Below are positions 11,522 to 21,516 of a stretch of 64,000 bases of DNA, piece after piece. Numbering within the stretch: the first letter of the stretch is position 1; every line of letters begins with the position of its first letter. The notes under the pieces are model-generated. The model saw nothing but the letters and a program-made list of their open reading frames with translations. It was not told where the DNA came from and searched no databases. The stretch comes from an uncultured delta proteobacterium (lineage in GTDB: Bacteria > Desulfobacterota > Binatia > UBA9968): assembly GCA_963840855.1 (NCBI GenBank), contig CAWJBB010000027.1, positions 1 to 64,000 of the forward strand, written 5' to 3'. Both the position numbers and the translations under genes were made by a program.

Positions 11522-11810
11522 AGTAAGAAACAAGAATCCAAAAATCCCCCATAATCGCCCCCCTAAAAGTAACGGACGGTCCCTCCCTCCATCATTAATT
11601 TCCCCACAAAAACCTCCAGCGGTCAAAAAAAACAAGACCTGATAGATTTTCGCGACACTGAGATTCGCTGGGCGATAACGACCGGATTGGGAGCTCTTCT
11701 GTTTAGAGCTATCGCCGGAGGACCGATCTTGTCTGACCCCTCACTTACAATGACCTTAAAGGCAGCCGATTTGACTGCCAGAATAGAGACAAGGGGAGAA
11801 AATCGATGCC

Positions 11811-12662
11811 ATGTGCGAGATTATCGATGCGTGCACTGAGGCCACTCCACCACTTGTGCTTTTAAAAGGCATCTCAACTTGTACCCAATACTATCCCGAG
11901 CCCCACTTGAGAAGGATGGCCGACATCGATGTTCTCGTTGAAGAGCGGTTTATTGGGGCCGTTGAAAGTGTATTATACAATCTGGAATATAGCAGGCCGT
12001 CAAAGGTATCGTCTGAGTTCTACCAAACGCATCACCATACTACACCTTTTTACCATCCACGACGGGACGTCTGGGTGGAAATTCATCTGCGTCTGCTGCC
12101 TCATAGCACGAAGTCGGCGCAGTCAGAAGTTTTCTCCCCCGAGAATGTGGCAAAAGAGCTAAGACTTTCTCAGTTTCAAGGCCGGGCTGTGCGAAGATTG
12201 AGTGATGAGCTGCAGATAATATATACCTCCGCACACTGGGCGCAGCAGCTGCAAACAAACGGCGGTCTCATGGCCATGCTGGACATCGTTTATATAATAA
12301 AACATGCCGGCCATACGTTAGACTGGTCCAAAATTATTGGTTGGGTAAAACTGAGCCCGGCAGCCATTGAATTCTGCTTGCTGCTTGCCTATCTTGCTCA
12401 TCATGAAGTCGTGGTGATCGACCGCGACATTATCCGACGCTTAACTTCAGCGGATGATGCTTTTACAGAAGAAAAGCTGAGATTACTGTTCTGGTTGACA
12501 GACCGATATATTGCCCAAGGTCGCCCTTTCGATCTAATCTTTTCCCTACGCAACGTGAGTATTATTTGGCAGACTCTCATCTCAACACAGTCTCTAACCG
12601 AAGCTTTCTTTTTACTGCCACTGAGACTGGTCCTTCCTTCACGTTTGCGCGCTCACATATAA
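11811..12662 (+). CDS. Nucleotidyltransferase family protein (NTP_transf_5-like); true start probably upstream in the damaged region
   Basis: LVLLKGISTCTQYYPEPHLRRMADIDVLV, VEIHLRLL, HWA, LDI. Confidence 0.82.
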   Translation: MCEIIDACTEATPPLVLLKGISTCTQYYPEPHLRRMADIDVLVEERFIGAVESVLYNLEYSRPSKVSSEFYQTHHHTTPFYHPRRDVWVEIHLRLLPHSTKSAQSEVFSPENVAKELRLSQFQGRAVRRLSDELQIIYTSAHWAQQLQTNGGLMAMLDIVYIIKHAGHTLDWSKIIGWVKLSPAAIEFCLLLAYLAHHEVVVIDRDIIRRLTSADDAFTEEKLRLLFWLTDRYIAQGRPFDLIFSLRNVSIIWQTLISTQSLTEAFFLLPLRLVLPSRLRAHI

Positions 12663-12842
12663 CGTTCGTCGCTACTGCTTCTCTTTCTGCGCTTAGTCTC
12701 TCCGTTTTGTTCTAACTTTCCAGTCGATTTCTCCTGCAAAGATAGTAGAAACTTCATGTCTACCGGAATGCGCCGGCGGAGCTATGTGTAAGAAGTAGTT
12801 CGAAGCTGGCATGCCACAGCAAGCAAAGTAAAGAAAGAACAA

Positions 12843-12876
12843 CTGGAACGTATTGAACGATTGGAACGTTTGGAAC
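12843..12876. repeat. 9-bp-period tandem array (TGGAACG-type)
   Basis: ctggaacgt attgaacga ttggaacgt ttggaac. Confidence 0.7.
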
Positions 12877-12921
12877 ATGCGCGAGCAGCGCTGGAGCCTC
12901 GGCGGTGAGATATCCGGATTT

Positions 12922-13926
12922 CTACCCATCACAGGGGCGCAAAGTTCTCAACAGTTCCCGCATATCAGGAGGCAACGGAGCAGAGCATACCATGGGCCTC
13001 TCGCTCCCAGGGTGAAAAAAACTGAGCTTTTCCGCATGGAGTGCCTGGCGTGGGAATACATCGAGCATGGAGCCGGAAAGGTTTCGGTGCTCGCGGTTCT
13101 TTTTCTTGTGACCGTAGATACTGTCTCCGACGATCGGGAATCCGGAATCGGCTAGATGAACTCGCAGCTGATGCGTTCGCCCGGTCTTGGGTTGTAACCT
13201 GAGCAAACTCACCCAGTTGATGGAAGTAGAGCCGGCGCTAATTGCGAACCGTTCTTCAACTTGCCATTGGGTAATCGCCTCCCGGCTTTTCGCCAGTGCA
13301 TGACGGCTCGACATCCGTTTCCGATCCGACCGATGCCGTCCGATACGACGGTCGATTATGCCGGAGTCGCCGGGCATCTTTCCCCACACCAAAGCGAGAT
13401 ACTCTTTTTTCACTTGACGGTCTTTAAATTGGCGCGCCAGGCACTGGAATGCCGATTGCGTTTTCGCGGCAACGATCACCCCCGAAGTATCCTTGTCCAA
13501 GCGGTGCACGATACCCGGCCGCCGTTCGCCTCCTATACCACCGAGGGCCGGACAATGATGCAACAACGCGTTGACCAACGTCCCGGTGAATCTGCCGGTC
13601 GCCGGGTGTACCATCATTCCGGCGGCTTTGTTTACCACAATGCAGTGCTCGTCTTCATAGAGGATATCCAACGGAATATTTTCCGGCAGGAGCGAACTGT
13701 CACGGAGGGGAAGGCTTTGAATGCCGATAGTATCACTGGGTTTTAGCCGCGCGCTCGCTTTGGCTTTGCGGCCGTTGACTAAAACCCGCCCGTCGCTGAT
13801 TAGCCGCTGAACTTCTGCGCGGCTAAATCCGTCCGACCGTCCAGCCGAGATAAAGCGGCGTGCGAGAAACAAATCCAATCGCAACCCGGCGGCTGCGCCA
13901 TCGACGGTCACCACCGTTTCTTCCAT
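12922..13926 (-). CDS. rluD: RluA/RluD family 23S rRNA pseudouridine synthase
   Basis: N-terminal S4 domain, NKAAGMMVHP, GIVHRLDKDTSG, TGRTHQLRVH, QALHA. Confidence 0.92.
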   Translation of the reverse strand: MEETVVTVDGAAAGLRLDLFLARRFISAGRSDGFSRAEVQRLISDGRVLVNGRKAKASARLKPSDTIGIQSLPLRDSSLLPENIPLDILYEDEHCIVVNKAAGMMVHPATGRFTGTLVNALLHHCPALGGIGGERRPGIVHRLDKDTSGVIVAAKTQSAFQCLARQFKDRQVKKEYLALVWGKMPGDSGIIDRRIGRHRSDRKRMSSRHALAKSREAITQWQVEERFAISAGSTSINWVSLLRLQPKTGRTHQLRVHLADSGFPIVGDSIYGHKKKNREHRNLSGSMLDVFPRQALHAEKLSFFHPGSERPMVCSAPLPPDMRELLRTLRPCDG

Positions 13927-13945
13927 TGAACTTGCCCGGTTGGTC

Positions 13946-14893
13946 TTAACTCGCGCTACCCTTTATTCCAAGGCTGTCAAAAACGGCGCGCGCGCTTCTC
14001 ACATCTTCTTGAATCTGGGCGATGAGACTAGCCACATCAGCAAACTTTTTTTCTTCCCGGATTTTCTTTACGAAGGCGAGCTTTATCTTTTTGCCGTAAA
14101 TGTCGCGGTCGAAGTTCAGCATGTAACTTTCAACGGTGCGCGGCCCCGCGCCAAAGGTGGGATTCACGCCAATGCTGCTGACACTGAGCCACCGCTCCTG
14201 GCCGATATGAAACAAGGTGGCGTAAATCCCGTCACTCGGGATTACCTCAGTACAACTGGCGATATTTGCGGTCGGAAATCCGAGGTCTCGGCCACGCCGA
14301 TTTCCCTCGACAACAGTCCCGGAAATGAAATGATAGCGTCCCAGCGACGAGCGCGCCTCATCCACCCGTCCCGCTTCGATCGCTTGGCGGATCTGCGAAC
14401 TGCTGACGCGGACGCCGTTCACGAGAATTGGTTCGACAATGCCGACCTCAAAGTCTAATTCCTCGCCCCAGCGAACAAGCTGCTCAACGTCCCCTTTTCT
14501 GCCGTGGCCGAATCGGAGATCACGTCCCACCCAGATTTTTTTGGCTTTGAGACGATTGACAATGAAGCGGCGCACAAATTCCTCAGCATCCAGACTGGCG
14601 AAGGAGGAATCAAAACGTTGGTTAATGACAACATCGATGCCCAAATGCTGTAACAATTCAATCTTGTCTTCCGGGGTTAATATCAGCCGAGGGGCCCGCG
14701 CGGGAGCGAGAACCTTGAGCGGATGCGGATCAAACGTCAACACCACCGAGGCAACGTTTCGGTGCCGGGCTTCTTCCAACGATCGCAAGACCAGCGCCTG
14801 ATGGCCAAGATGGATGCCATCGAAGTTACCCATTGTAACGACGCTCGCGGCGGGCGACAGTCCCGCATCATCGATCTGGTGGTAGATCTGCAT
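13946..14893 (-). CDS. ribF: Bifunctional riboflavin kinase/FAD synthetase
   Basis: GNFDGIHLGHQ, FDPHP, VSSSQIR, GFPTAN, GVNPTF. Confidence 0.96.
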   Translation of the reverse strand: MQIYHQIDDAGLSPAASVVTMGNFDGIHLGHQALVLRSLEEARHRNVASVVLTFDPHPLKVLAPARAPRLILTPEDKIELLQHLGIDVVINQRFDSSFASLDAEEFVRRFIVNRLKAKKIWVGRDLRFGHGRKGDVEQLVRWGEELDFEVGIVEPILVNGVRVSSSQIRQAIEAGRVDEARSSLGRYHFISGTVVEGNRRGRDLGFPTANIASCTEVIPSDGIYATLFHIGQERWLSVSSIGVNPTFGAGPRTVESYMLNFDRDIYGKKIKLAFVKKIREEKKFADVASLIAQIQEDVRSARAVFDSLGIKGSAS

Positions 14894-15006
14894 AACCTTA
14901 TCTTAAAAACCATATACCACAACATGCAACTGCGTGCCGCATTCGAGCGAAGCAATAGAATAGGTGAGAATATTTGGACCGTGCGGGCGCCGCCGTGGCA
15001 AGCGTC

Positions 15007-15852
15007 TTAGGACTCGATTGATTTTAGCCTCATTTTAGCCCTCGCCGCTTCCGGCGTCTCGGGAAATTTCTCCACAACCTCTTGGAGCAGCAAGCGGGCA
15101 TTTACCTTTTCTCCCAATTCGGCAAAGGCATAACCTTGTTTCAGCAAAGCCGCTGACACTTTGTCACCCTGAGGATAGCGCCGACGCACCGCGTCAAATT
15201 CAATAATGGCTTGGTCAAATTCGCGCAGCCCATAGTGGCTCTCTCCGATCCAATATTGCGCATTGTCGGCGAGATTGCTCTTAGGATGCTTCTTTAAAAA
15301 TTCTTTAAAGCGACTGATGGCAACGCGATAATCCCGCTTCTCCATCGCTTGCCAGCCCAGCTCGTAATCTTTCTTTACCAGCGCGGACTCACCGGTCGCG
15401 GAATCCAGTACCACTTCGCTCTTCGCAGCGCTGGAAGCGGCGTTCTCCCGCAACTGCTTCAATTCCTCATCGCGCGACTTTAGCGCTGCTTCCTGCACCT
15501 TGAGGGTTTCGCTTATCTTTGCAACCCGACTCTCCAAGTCTTTTACCCTTTGATCGCCGTCGCGCGTGGTCTCGCCGATCTGCCGGCCAACCTGGTGTCG
15601 TGTCTCCTCGATTCTCTCTCTCAGGATGCCAAATTCGCGCTGCAATTGCTGCAAGTTCGCGCGCGTGTCAGCGAGGCTCGAGCGAACGGAATTCACATCG
15701 GCGCGCACGGTTTCCAAACTCGTTTGAACTTGACCCGTATCGCCGCGCAAACGACGCTGTTCACGCTCGATGAGATCGACCTGCTGCGGCTGGACGCAGG
15801 CCCCCAACCCAACGAGACTGCATGCGATGAACCAAATCGCCTTCGGTTTCAT
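15007..15852 (-). CDS. cpoB: Tol-Pal system protein CpoB/YbgF (lipoprotein, coiled coil + TPR)
   Basis: Lipobox LGAC, coiled coil, ADNAQYWIGE, ALLKQG; last gene of the tol-pal operon. Confidence 0.92.
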   Translation of the reverse strand: MKPKAIWFIACSLVGLGACVQPQQVDLIEREQRRLRGDTGQVQTSLETVRADVNSVRSSLADTRANLQQLQREFGILRERIEETRHQVGRQIGETTRDGDQRVKDLESRVAKISETLKVQEAALKSRDEELKQLRENAASSAAKSEVVLDSATGESALVKKDYELGWQAMEKRDYRVAISRFKEFLKKHPKSNLADNAQYWIGESHYGLREFDQAIIEFDAVRRRYPQGDKVSAALLKQGYAFAELGEKVNARLLLQEVVEKFPETPEAARAKMRLKSIES

Positions 15853-16037
15853 AGTATCTTCACTCTAACATACCCGCGCGGCGCGGGTTCCAGTCGTTCC
15901 AAACGTTAAAGATTAACACTCGTCATGAACATCACAAGGTCAAGGAACTTTGAAAAATCAAAATCCACAATTCGAATTTCGAAATTTTACTTTGTGACCT
16001 TTGCGCTCTTTGTGGCTATTTCTCTCTCATCGCACAA

Positions 16038-16619
16038 TCAAGAAGCGGGCCGGCCCGGCAGTACCACGAAACGCGCGCGGCGATTTCGCTGCCAACAGGT
16101 TTCGCTCGCTTCTTTGCAAACTGGGATTTCTTCGCCGTAGCTGATCGTTGAAAGACGGTCAGCGCCGATTCCCAGCGTTGCCAGAAAATCCTTGGCGGCT
16201 TGAGCGCGCTTGGCCCCGAGAGCCAAATTGTACTCATTGGTGCCACGCTCGTCACAGTGTCCTTCGATTTCCACCCGCGCCGTCTGGTTTCCCTTGAGCC
16301 AATCGGCGTTGGCCCGCAAAATTTCGCGGGCGTCGGCACGCAGGCTATGGCTATCATAGTCGTATAAAATATCTTTTAGCGGGCCGGTGCTCTCGGAAGA
16401 CTTTCCCTCTTGCAGTTCACCTAGACTGGAGCGATCGGTCGTGGATTCGCGCGCGGCGTCACGTTTCCCTTCGCCCGGCGAAGGACTGGTCGATGCTTTG
16501 GGGATAGAATCTGCCGAGGCGGAAGCAGTATCGGTTTTCTTCGCGGCCGATGGCGCGCACCCGGCCGCCAGCATGATCAGGCCTATTATCATGTAACACG
16601 CCATTTTAAAATGAACCAT
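16038..16619 (-). CDS. pal: Peptidoglycan-associated lipoprotein Pal
   Basis: Lipobox AAGC; OmpA domain EGHCDERGTNEYNLALGAKRA, SYGEE, NRRA; AGGAG RBS before ATG 16619. Confidence 0.95.
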   Translation of the reverse strand: MVHFKMACYMIIGLIMLAAGCAPSAAKKTDTASASADSIPKASTSPSPGEGKRDAARESTTDRSSLGELQEGKSSESTGPLKDILYDYDSHSLRADAREILRANADWLKGNQTARVEIEGHCDERGTNEYNLALGAKRAQAAKDFLATLGIGADRLSTISYGEEIPVCKEASETCWQRNRRARFVVLPGRPAS

Positions 16620-16673
16620 AGCAGTCACTCCTTTCGTGAGAATTAATTGTAATTAATATGAATTTAGGAGGTT

Positions 16674-17981
16674 TTAGTCTAACCGAGGGGACCAACTTGG
16701 TTTTGTATCATCACCGCCAGAACCTGTCAATCTGCGCTGGTTCTCGCCACCAGCTTGCATCACGTACAAGTGATACCTACCTGCTCGGTTAGAGGCAAAC
16801 GCAATGAATCTGCCATCCGGCGCCCACGCCGGATCCTCGCTATCGTAGGATTCGGACGTAAGTTGGCGAGCGTTCCCCCCATCCGCGCCAATCGTGAATA
16901 TGGCAAAGCGCCTCCCGACCCTGCCAGTGTAAGCAATTCTATCACCTTTGGGTGACCAAGCCGGCGCAGTATTGTAGCTTCCGCTGTAAGAAAGGCGGCG
17001 TGATTTACCGCCGGCGACATCAAGAATGTATAACTGAGGCGAGCCGCCGCGATCAGAAACATATACAATTTGCCGGCCGTCGGGAGACCACGCCGGCGAG
17101 ACTTCTATTCCCGGATCCGACGTGAGCTGCCGTATCGCTTTCCCGTTCGCGTCCAATAGATACAGGTTGCTGTTACCGGCTATCTCCAACGTAGCCACCA
17201 CGTACTGCCCATCCGGCGACGCCCGCCCGCCGATGTAGCGCCCATTGGCCGGTGACCATTTCACTTCTTTGCCCGTAAAAAGCTCGAATTGGTAGAGCCC
17301 GGGACTGCGGTCTTTATACGAGGTATAAATAATGGACTTACCGTCAGACGTCCAAGACGGAAACAGATTGATCGTGCGGTTATTCGTAACCTGGAACCTC
17401 TCGGTGCCGTCTAAATGCGCGACATGAATCTCTTTGAAGCGCCCTCCACTGGTGGAAACGTAGGCGATCCGAGTATTGAAGACGCCCGGAGTACCTGTAA
17501 ACTGGTTAATAATCTCGTCAGCGAATTTATGCGCGATGCGGCGAGAATCTTTCGCTTTGGCGACGTAACGCTTGCCGATGAGCTCTTTGGATTGCGCGAC
17601 ATCGAAGAGGCGCAGCTCAACGGTCAGATCATCCTCCTGGACGGTAAATCTGCCCTTTACCAACCCCACCGCACCGATAGTAGCCCAGTCCTTAAAATCG
17701 AACCCGCCGAGAGTGTCGCCGCTTTTCTGCGGGTCTTCGATGTATGCCGCGCGATCCAACACGCGGAACCAACCCGAAAGATCGAGATCGTAAACGATTG
17801 AGTCCGCGATTCCGGTGGAAATGCGGCCCGGGTCAGCGGTGGCGCCGGTGTTTTTTAGCGGCGAGATTGCAATGGGATATTTCGGCATGCCTTGGCCAAC
17901 GACTTCGAGGGAAATCTGCGCCGCATTGACGGCGCTCGCCAAGAACAGCAGAGAGAAAAAACAACCGCTGAGTTTACGCAT
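16674..17981 (-). CDS. tolB: Tol-Pal beta-propeller protein TolB
   Basis: Signal peptide, AHKFADEII, repeated PD40 motifs (PAWSPDG). Confidence 0.95.
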   Translation of the reverse strand: MRKLSGCFFSLLFLASAVNAAQISLEVVGQGMPKYPIAISPLKNTGATADPGRISTGIADSIVYDLDLSGWFRVLDRAAYIEDPQKSGDTLGGFDFKDWATIGAVGLVKGRFTVQEDDLTVELRLFDVAQSKELIGKRYVAKAKDSRRIAHKFADEIINQFTGTPGVFNTRIAYVSTSGGRFKEIHVAHLDGTERFQVTNNRTINLFPSWTSDGKSIIYTSYKDRSPGLYQFELFTGKEVKWSPANGRYIGGRASPDGQYVVATLEIAGNSNLYLLDANGKAIRQLTSDPGIEVSPAWSPDGRQIVYVSDRGGSPQLYILDVAGGKSRRLSYSGSYNTAPAWSPKGDRIAYTGRVGRRFAIFTIGADGGNARQLTSESYDSEDPAWAPDGRFIAFASNRAGRYHLYVMQAGGENQRRLTGSGGDDTKPSWSPRLD

Positions 17982-17987
17982 ATCCAG

Positions 17988-18929
17988 CTATGCTCCGAAA
18001 TCGCTCGGCTTGAAGGTCATTTCAACATCGGCGAACTCTTTTCGATATGATTCGGGAGGCGAACTGACCGGACTAGATCGCTTTATCGCGCGGATGACCG
18101 ACTCGTCATAGGTTGGATCTCCCGACCGCTGCGTCACCCTTAAGCCGATGATTTCGCCGTTTTCCTTGATGCCGAATTGTACCACAACCTTTAGGTCGCT
18201 CCGGCGTCCAGCCCATGCCCAGTTTTCTTTAATCATATTGACCAGCCGGTTCTGGTAGGCGATGAATTCAACGCTCTTCAGGACCCCTTCGCCACCGACT
18301 CCCCCCTTCCCTAGCGACTGCGCTCCTAGCCCCTCCCCACTGCCGGCGCTCAGCGGTTCGCCTTTGGTGTTACCGGCTCTACTTGGCGCTCCTTGCGCCG
18401 ATGCCGCCCGATTGCGCGCGCGCTCGATGGCCGCTTGCATCAAACGTTCGCGGACTTTGTCCAGGGAATCTTCATCGGCCTTGGCAGTGTCCCTCGTTTC
18501 CTTCGCTGGTTTTTGGGCCTCCTGTTTCACCACTGATTTGCTCTTGGCTAAAACAATTTCCTCGCTCGGCTTCGCCTTTGCTTTCTCAACTTTCTCCGCC
18601 TTGGGCGGCTTTTCCGCTTTCGTTGCCTTTTGCTTAACGGGCTCCGGCGGCGGTTCAACGGGAGGTTTCATGCCCTTGGTTTCAGGATCGATTCTAGTGC
18701 CGAGATTTCTTCCGCCGATTCTTTCGCCACCAACCAAATCTACCACGTAACTTGGCGGCGGCTCGCGTTTATCCGACGAGCCAAAGGGCGCCAGGAGGAG
18801 AACCAAAATCAACCCCGCGTGCGCGAACAGAGATACGAGCAACCACTTAGGCAACCTCACTTCGGCCGCGGCGGCAGGAGCATCGCGATTGCCGGGCGTG
18901 GTTTCTGAGTTAGGCATCGTTCGGGCCAT
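17988..18929 (-). CDS. tolA: TolA / TonB-family energy transducer
   Basis: Single TM helix with His, K/E/P-rich linker, TonB_C-like SGDPTYDESVIRAI; lies between tolR and tolB. Confidence 0.85.
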   Translation of the reverse strand: MARTMPNSETTPGNRDAPAAAAEVRLPKWLLVSLFAHAGLILVLLLAPFGSSDKREPPPSYVVDLVGGERIGGRNLGTRIDPETKGMKPPVEPPPEPVKQKATKAEKPPKAEKVEKAKAKPSEEIVLAKSKSVVKQEAQKPAKETRDTAKADEDSLDKVRERLMQAAIERARNRAASAQGAPSRAGNTKGEPLSAGSGEGLGAQSLGKGGVGGEGVLKSVEFIAYQNRLVNMIKENWAWAGRRSDLKVVVQFGIKENGEIIGLRVTQRSGDPTYDESVIRAIKRSSPVSSPPESYRKEFADVEMTFKPSDFGA

Positions 18930-18935
18930 CGAAAA

Positions 18936-19358
18936 TCAGCCTGCGTCGCCGGGGGGACGGGTAACCATGCCTAGTCTCTCTATTCCAGCCTGCTTGATCT
19001 GGGCGATGGTTGTCATCACTACGCCATAGCGCACATCTTGATCCGCTCGCAGGTAAACCTGTTTATCGGCCTCAAGTTTCTTGATGGCCGCGAGCTTCTT
19101 GCCTAGTTCACTGAGAGTCATCTCATTATCGTTAAGATAAATCTTGCCGCTTTTTGCGATGCTCACCACCAAAAACTCTTCCGTTCCCTCGATGGCGCCC
19201 ACTTTAGCCTGCGGCAAATTGACCTGGACTCCTTGCTGGATGATCGGCGCCGTCACCATAAAGATCACCAACAAAACCAACATGACATCAACGAGAGGGG
19301 TCACGTTGATCTGCGAAATCGTGGTTCCGCCGCCTTGTGGCGAAGCATCAAAAGCCAT
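18936..19358 (-). CDS. tolR: Protein TolR
   Basis: INVTPLVDVMLVLLVIFMVTAP, LRADQDVRYG. Confidence 0.95.
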   Translation of the reverse strand: MAFDASPQGGGTTISQINVTPLVDVMLVLLVIFMVTAPIIQQGVQVNLPQAKVGAIEGTEEFLVVSIAKSGKIYLNDNEMTLSELGKKLAAIKKLEADKQVYLRADQDVRYGVVMTTIAQIKQAGIERLGMVTRPPGDAG

Positions 19359-19376
19359 AAGGACCTCGTACTTATT

Positions 19377-20153
19377 TTACTTGAAAAAATGCCGCTCCGC
19401 GATATTTAAGAACTCATGGGAAAAATTGTCCATTTCGACCGCGAGAACCTTAATGCTCTGGGCGAAGTGATTGTACGCCATCAGCGCCGGTATCGCCGCC
19501 GCCAAACCCGCCGCGGTGGCAATCAACGCCTCAGCAATGCCGGGAGCAACGGCTTGAATGCTGGAGGAATGGGTCACGCTGAGGCCGCGAAACGCATTCA
19601 TAATACCCCAAACGGTGCCGAACAGACCGACGAAGGGCGACGTGCTTGCAGTGGTGGCCAAGAACGTGAGTGATTTTTCCAGCTTGGTGATCTCCACGCT
19701 GGCAGCGCGTTTCATGGCGCGCGCCACGTTGTCTATGCCGCCTAACTCCGTGCTGAATCCCTCGCCGGTAGCCGGCTCCTTCTTGTCGCGGGAAAGCCGC
19801 GCGAGCTCCTCGAACCCGGCCCTAAAAACCTGAGCCACGGGGCTCGCCTGCAAATCGCGACTGAACTCGTTGATTGAAGACAAATTGCGCCGCTCCCAAA
19901 AAATCTGAATGAATTTTTCCGATTCTTTGTTGGCCCGACGAATCTGCTTGAACTTGAAAAAAATGATGCCCCAACTCACCACGGAAAACAAAATCAGGGA
20001 GTAGAGTACCAGTTGGACCAGCGGGCCCGAGCCACGCACAAGATCCAAGATACCATGTTGCTCGGGTACCGAAACGGGATTTTGCGCGAGCAGCTGGAGC
20101 GGCCAGATCGAAGACATCAAGAATCCGACAAGATAATTGAAAAAGTATTGCAA
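19377..20153 (-). CDS. tolQ: Protein TolQ
   Basis: PFVGLFGTVWGIM, VAPGIAEALIATAAGL. Confidence 0.95.
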   Translation of the reverse strand: MQYFFNYLVGFLMSSIWPLQLLAQNPVSVPEQHGILDLVRGSGPLVQLVLYSLILFSVVSWGIIFFKFKQIRRANKESEKFIQIFWERRNLSSINEFSRDLQASPVAQVFRAGFEELARLSRDKKEPATGEGFSTELGGIDNVARAMKRAASVEITKLEKSLTFLATTASTSPFVGLFGTVWGIMNAFRGLSVTHSSSIQAVAPGIAEALIATAAGLAAAIPALMAYNHFAQSIKVLAVEMDNFSHEFLNIAERHFFK

Positions 20154-20337
20154 GCCCTGTATTTAGTCAAAATATGCGAATGCTTTTATTATATCTTGAC
20201 ATCAATGATTTAAAAATCAATTGACGGTAGAATCATGAAAAATTTTTCTGCGCGGATCAGCGCGCCACGCCAGACCGTTAGGCGCGACTGCTAGCTGATT
20301 ACGCTGGGCTGAGCGTAAGGGTCATGTGGGTAAAGTT

Positions 20338-21516
20338 ATGATTAAAACCATCGACCAGCTGCCGCTGGAAAACAAGGTTGTTTTCTTGCGCGTTGATTTC
20401 AACGTCCCGGTGCGCGACGGCAAAGTCGCCGAGCCGCACCGCATCGACAGCACGCTGCCGACCATTCGCCGGATACTTCAGCGCGCAAAGAAAGTCGTCA
20501 TTGCGTCGCATCTCGGCCGTCCTGACGGCAAGCCGTCGCCGAAGTACAGCCTCGCGCCGGTGCGCGAACATCTCGGACAGGTGATTAACGAGCCGGTGGT
20601 TTTGGCTCCCGATTGCATCGGCGCCGAGGTCGAACGGCTCGTGCGCGAATCAAACCATCGGATCATCCTGCTCGAAAATCTGCGCTTTCACAAAGAAGAA
20701 GAAGCCAACGATTCGGCTTTTTCCAAGGCCCTTGCGGCGCTGGCCGAAGTCTACGTTGACGATGCCTTCGGTGCCGCCCATCGGGCCCATGCGTCGATCG
20801 TGGGAATGGCTGCTTATTTTAAAGATAAAGGCGCGGGCCTCTTGATGCAAAAGGAACTCGACTACCTATTGCGCGTCTTGACAAATCCAGACAAACCGTT
20901 CGTGACGATCTTGGGCGGCGCAAAGGTCTCTGACAAGATCGGCGTCATCCGCAATTTGCTTCCGAAAGTGAACGCGTTACTAATCGGTGGCGGCATGGCA
21001 TACACTTTCTTAAAGGCCCAGGGAGTTGAGATCGGCAAATCGCTCGTGGAAAACGACAAACTGCAGCTTGCACTCGAGCTCTTGCAGGAAGGGGCCACCC
21101 GTCATGTGGCGATTTTGCTGCCGGTCGATCATGTCACTGGAGACGCAAACAAAGAAAATCCCACGACTACCGACGGAATGATTCCGACCGACCGACTAGG
21201 GCTCGACATCGGTCCTAAGACGGCTAGCTTGTTTAGCAACGAGATCCGCAAAGCCAAAATGGTTCTTTGGAATGGCCCTGTGGGGCTCTTTGAAGTCCCG
21301 CCGTACGACGCGGGCAGTCGATCCTTGGCCCGAACCCTCGCGGATGTCGGTTCAAGTTGCGTGAGCATCATCGCGGGCGGCGATACGGTCGCCGCCGTGA
21401 CCGCCGCGGGCGTGGGCGATGCACTTGGCCATCTCTCCACCGGCGGCGGTGCAACGCTGGAATTTCTCGAGGGCAAACAACTCCCGGGAATCAAAGCCCT
21501 CGAGGAAAATTCATGA
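20338..21516 (+). CDS. pgk: Phosphoglycerate kinase
   Basis: RVDFNVP, SHLGRP, LLENLRF, DAFGAAHRAH, GGAKVSDK, WNGP, HLSTGGGA. Confidence 0.97.
   Translation: MIKTIDQLPLENKVVFLRVDFNVPVRDGKVAEPHRIDSTLPTIRRILQRAKKVVIASHLGRPDGKPSPKYSLAPVREHLGQVINEPVVLAPDCIGAEVERLVRESNHRIILLENLRFHKEEEANDSAFSKALAALAEVYVDDAFGAAHRAHASIVGMAAYFKDKGAGLLMQKELDYLLRVLTNPDKPFVTILGGAKVSDKIGVIRNLLPKVNALLIGGGMAYTFLKAQGVEIGKSLVENDKLQLALELLQEGATRHVAILLPVDHVTGDANKENPTTTDGMIPTDRLGLDIGPKTASLFSNEIRKAKMVLWNGPVGLFEVPPYDAGSRSLARTLADVGSSCVSIIAGGDTVAAVTAAGVGDALGHLSTGGGATLEFLEGKQLPGIKALEENS

Noticed and set aside
21357-21516. pgk-tpiA fusion or programmed frameshift, or long TpiA N-terminus
   Set aside because: A simple ATGA stop/start overlap explains it; no slippery site is visible
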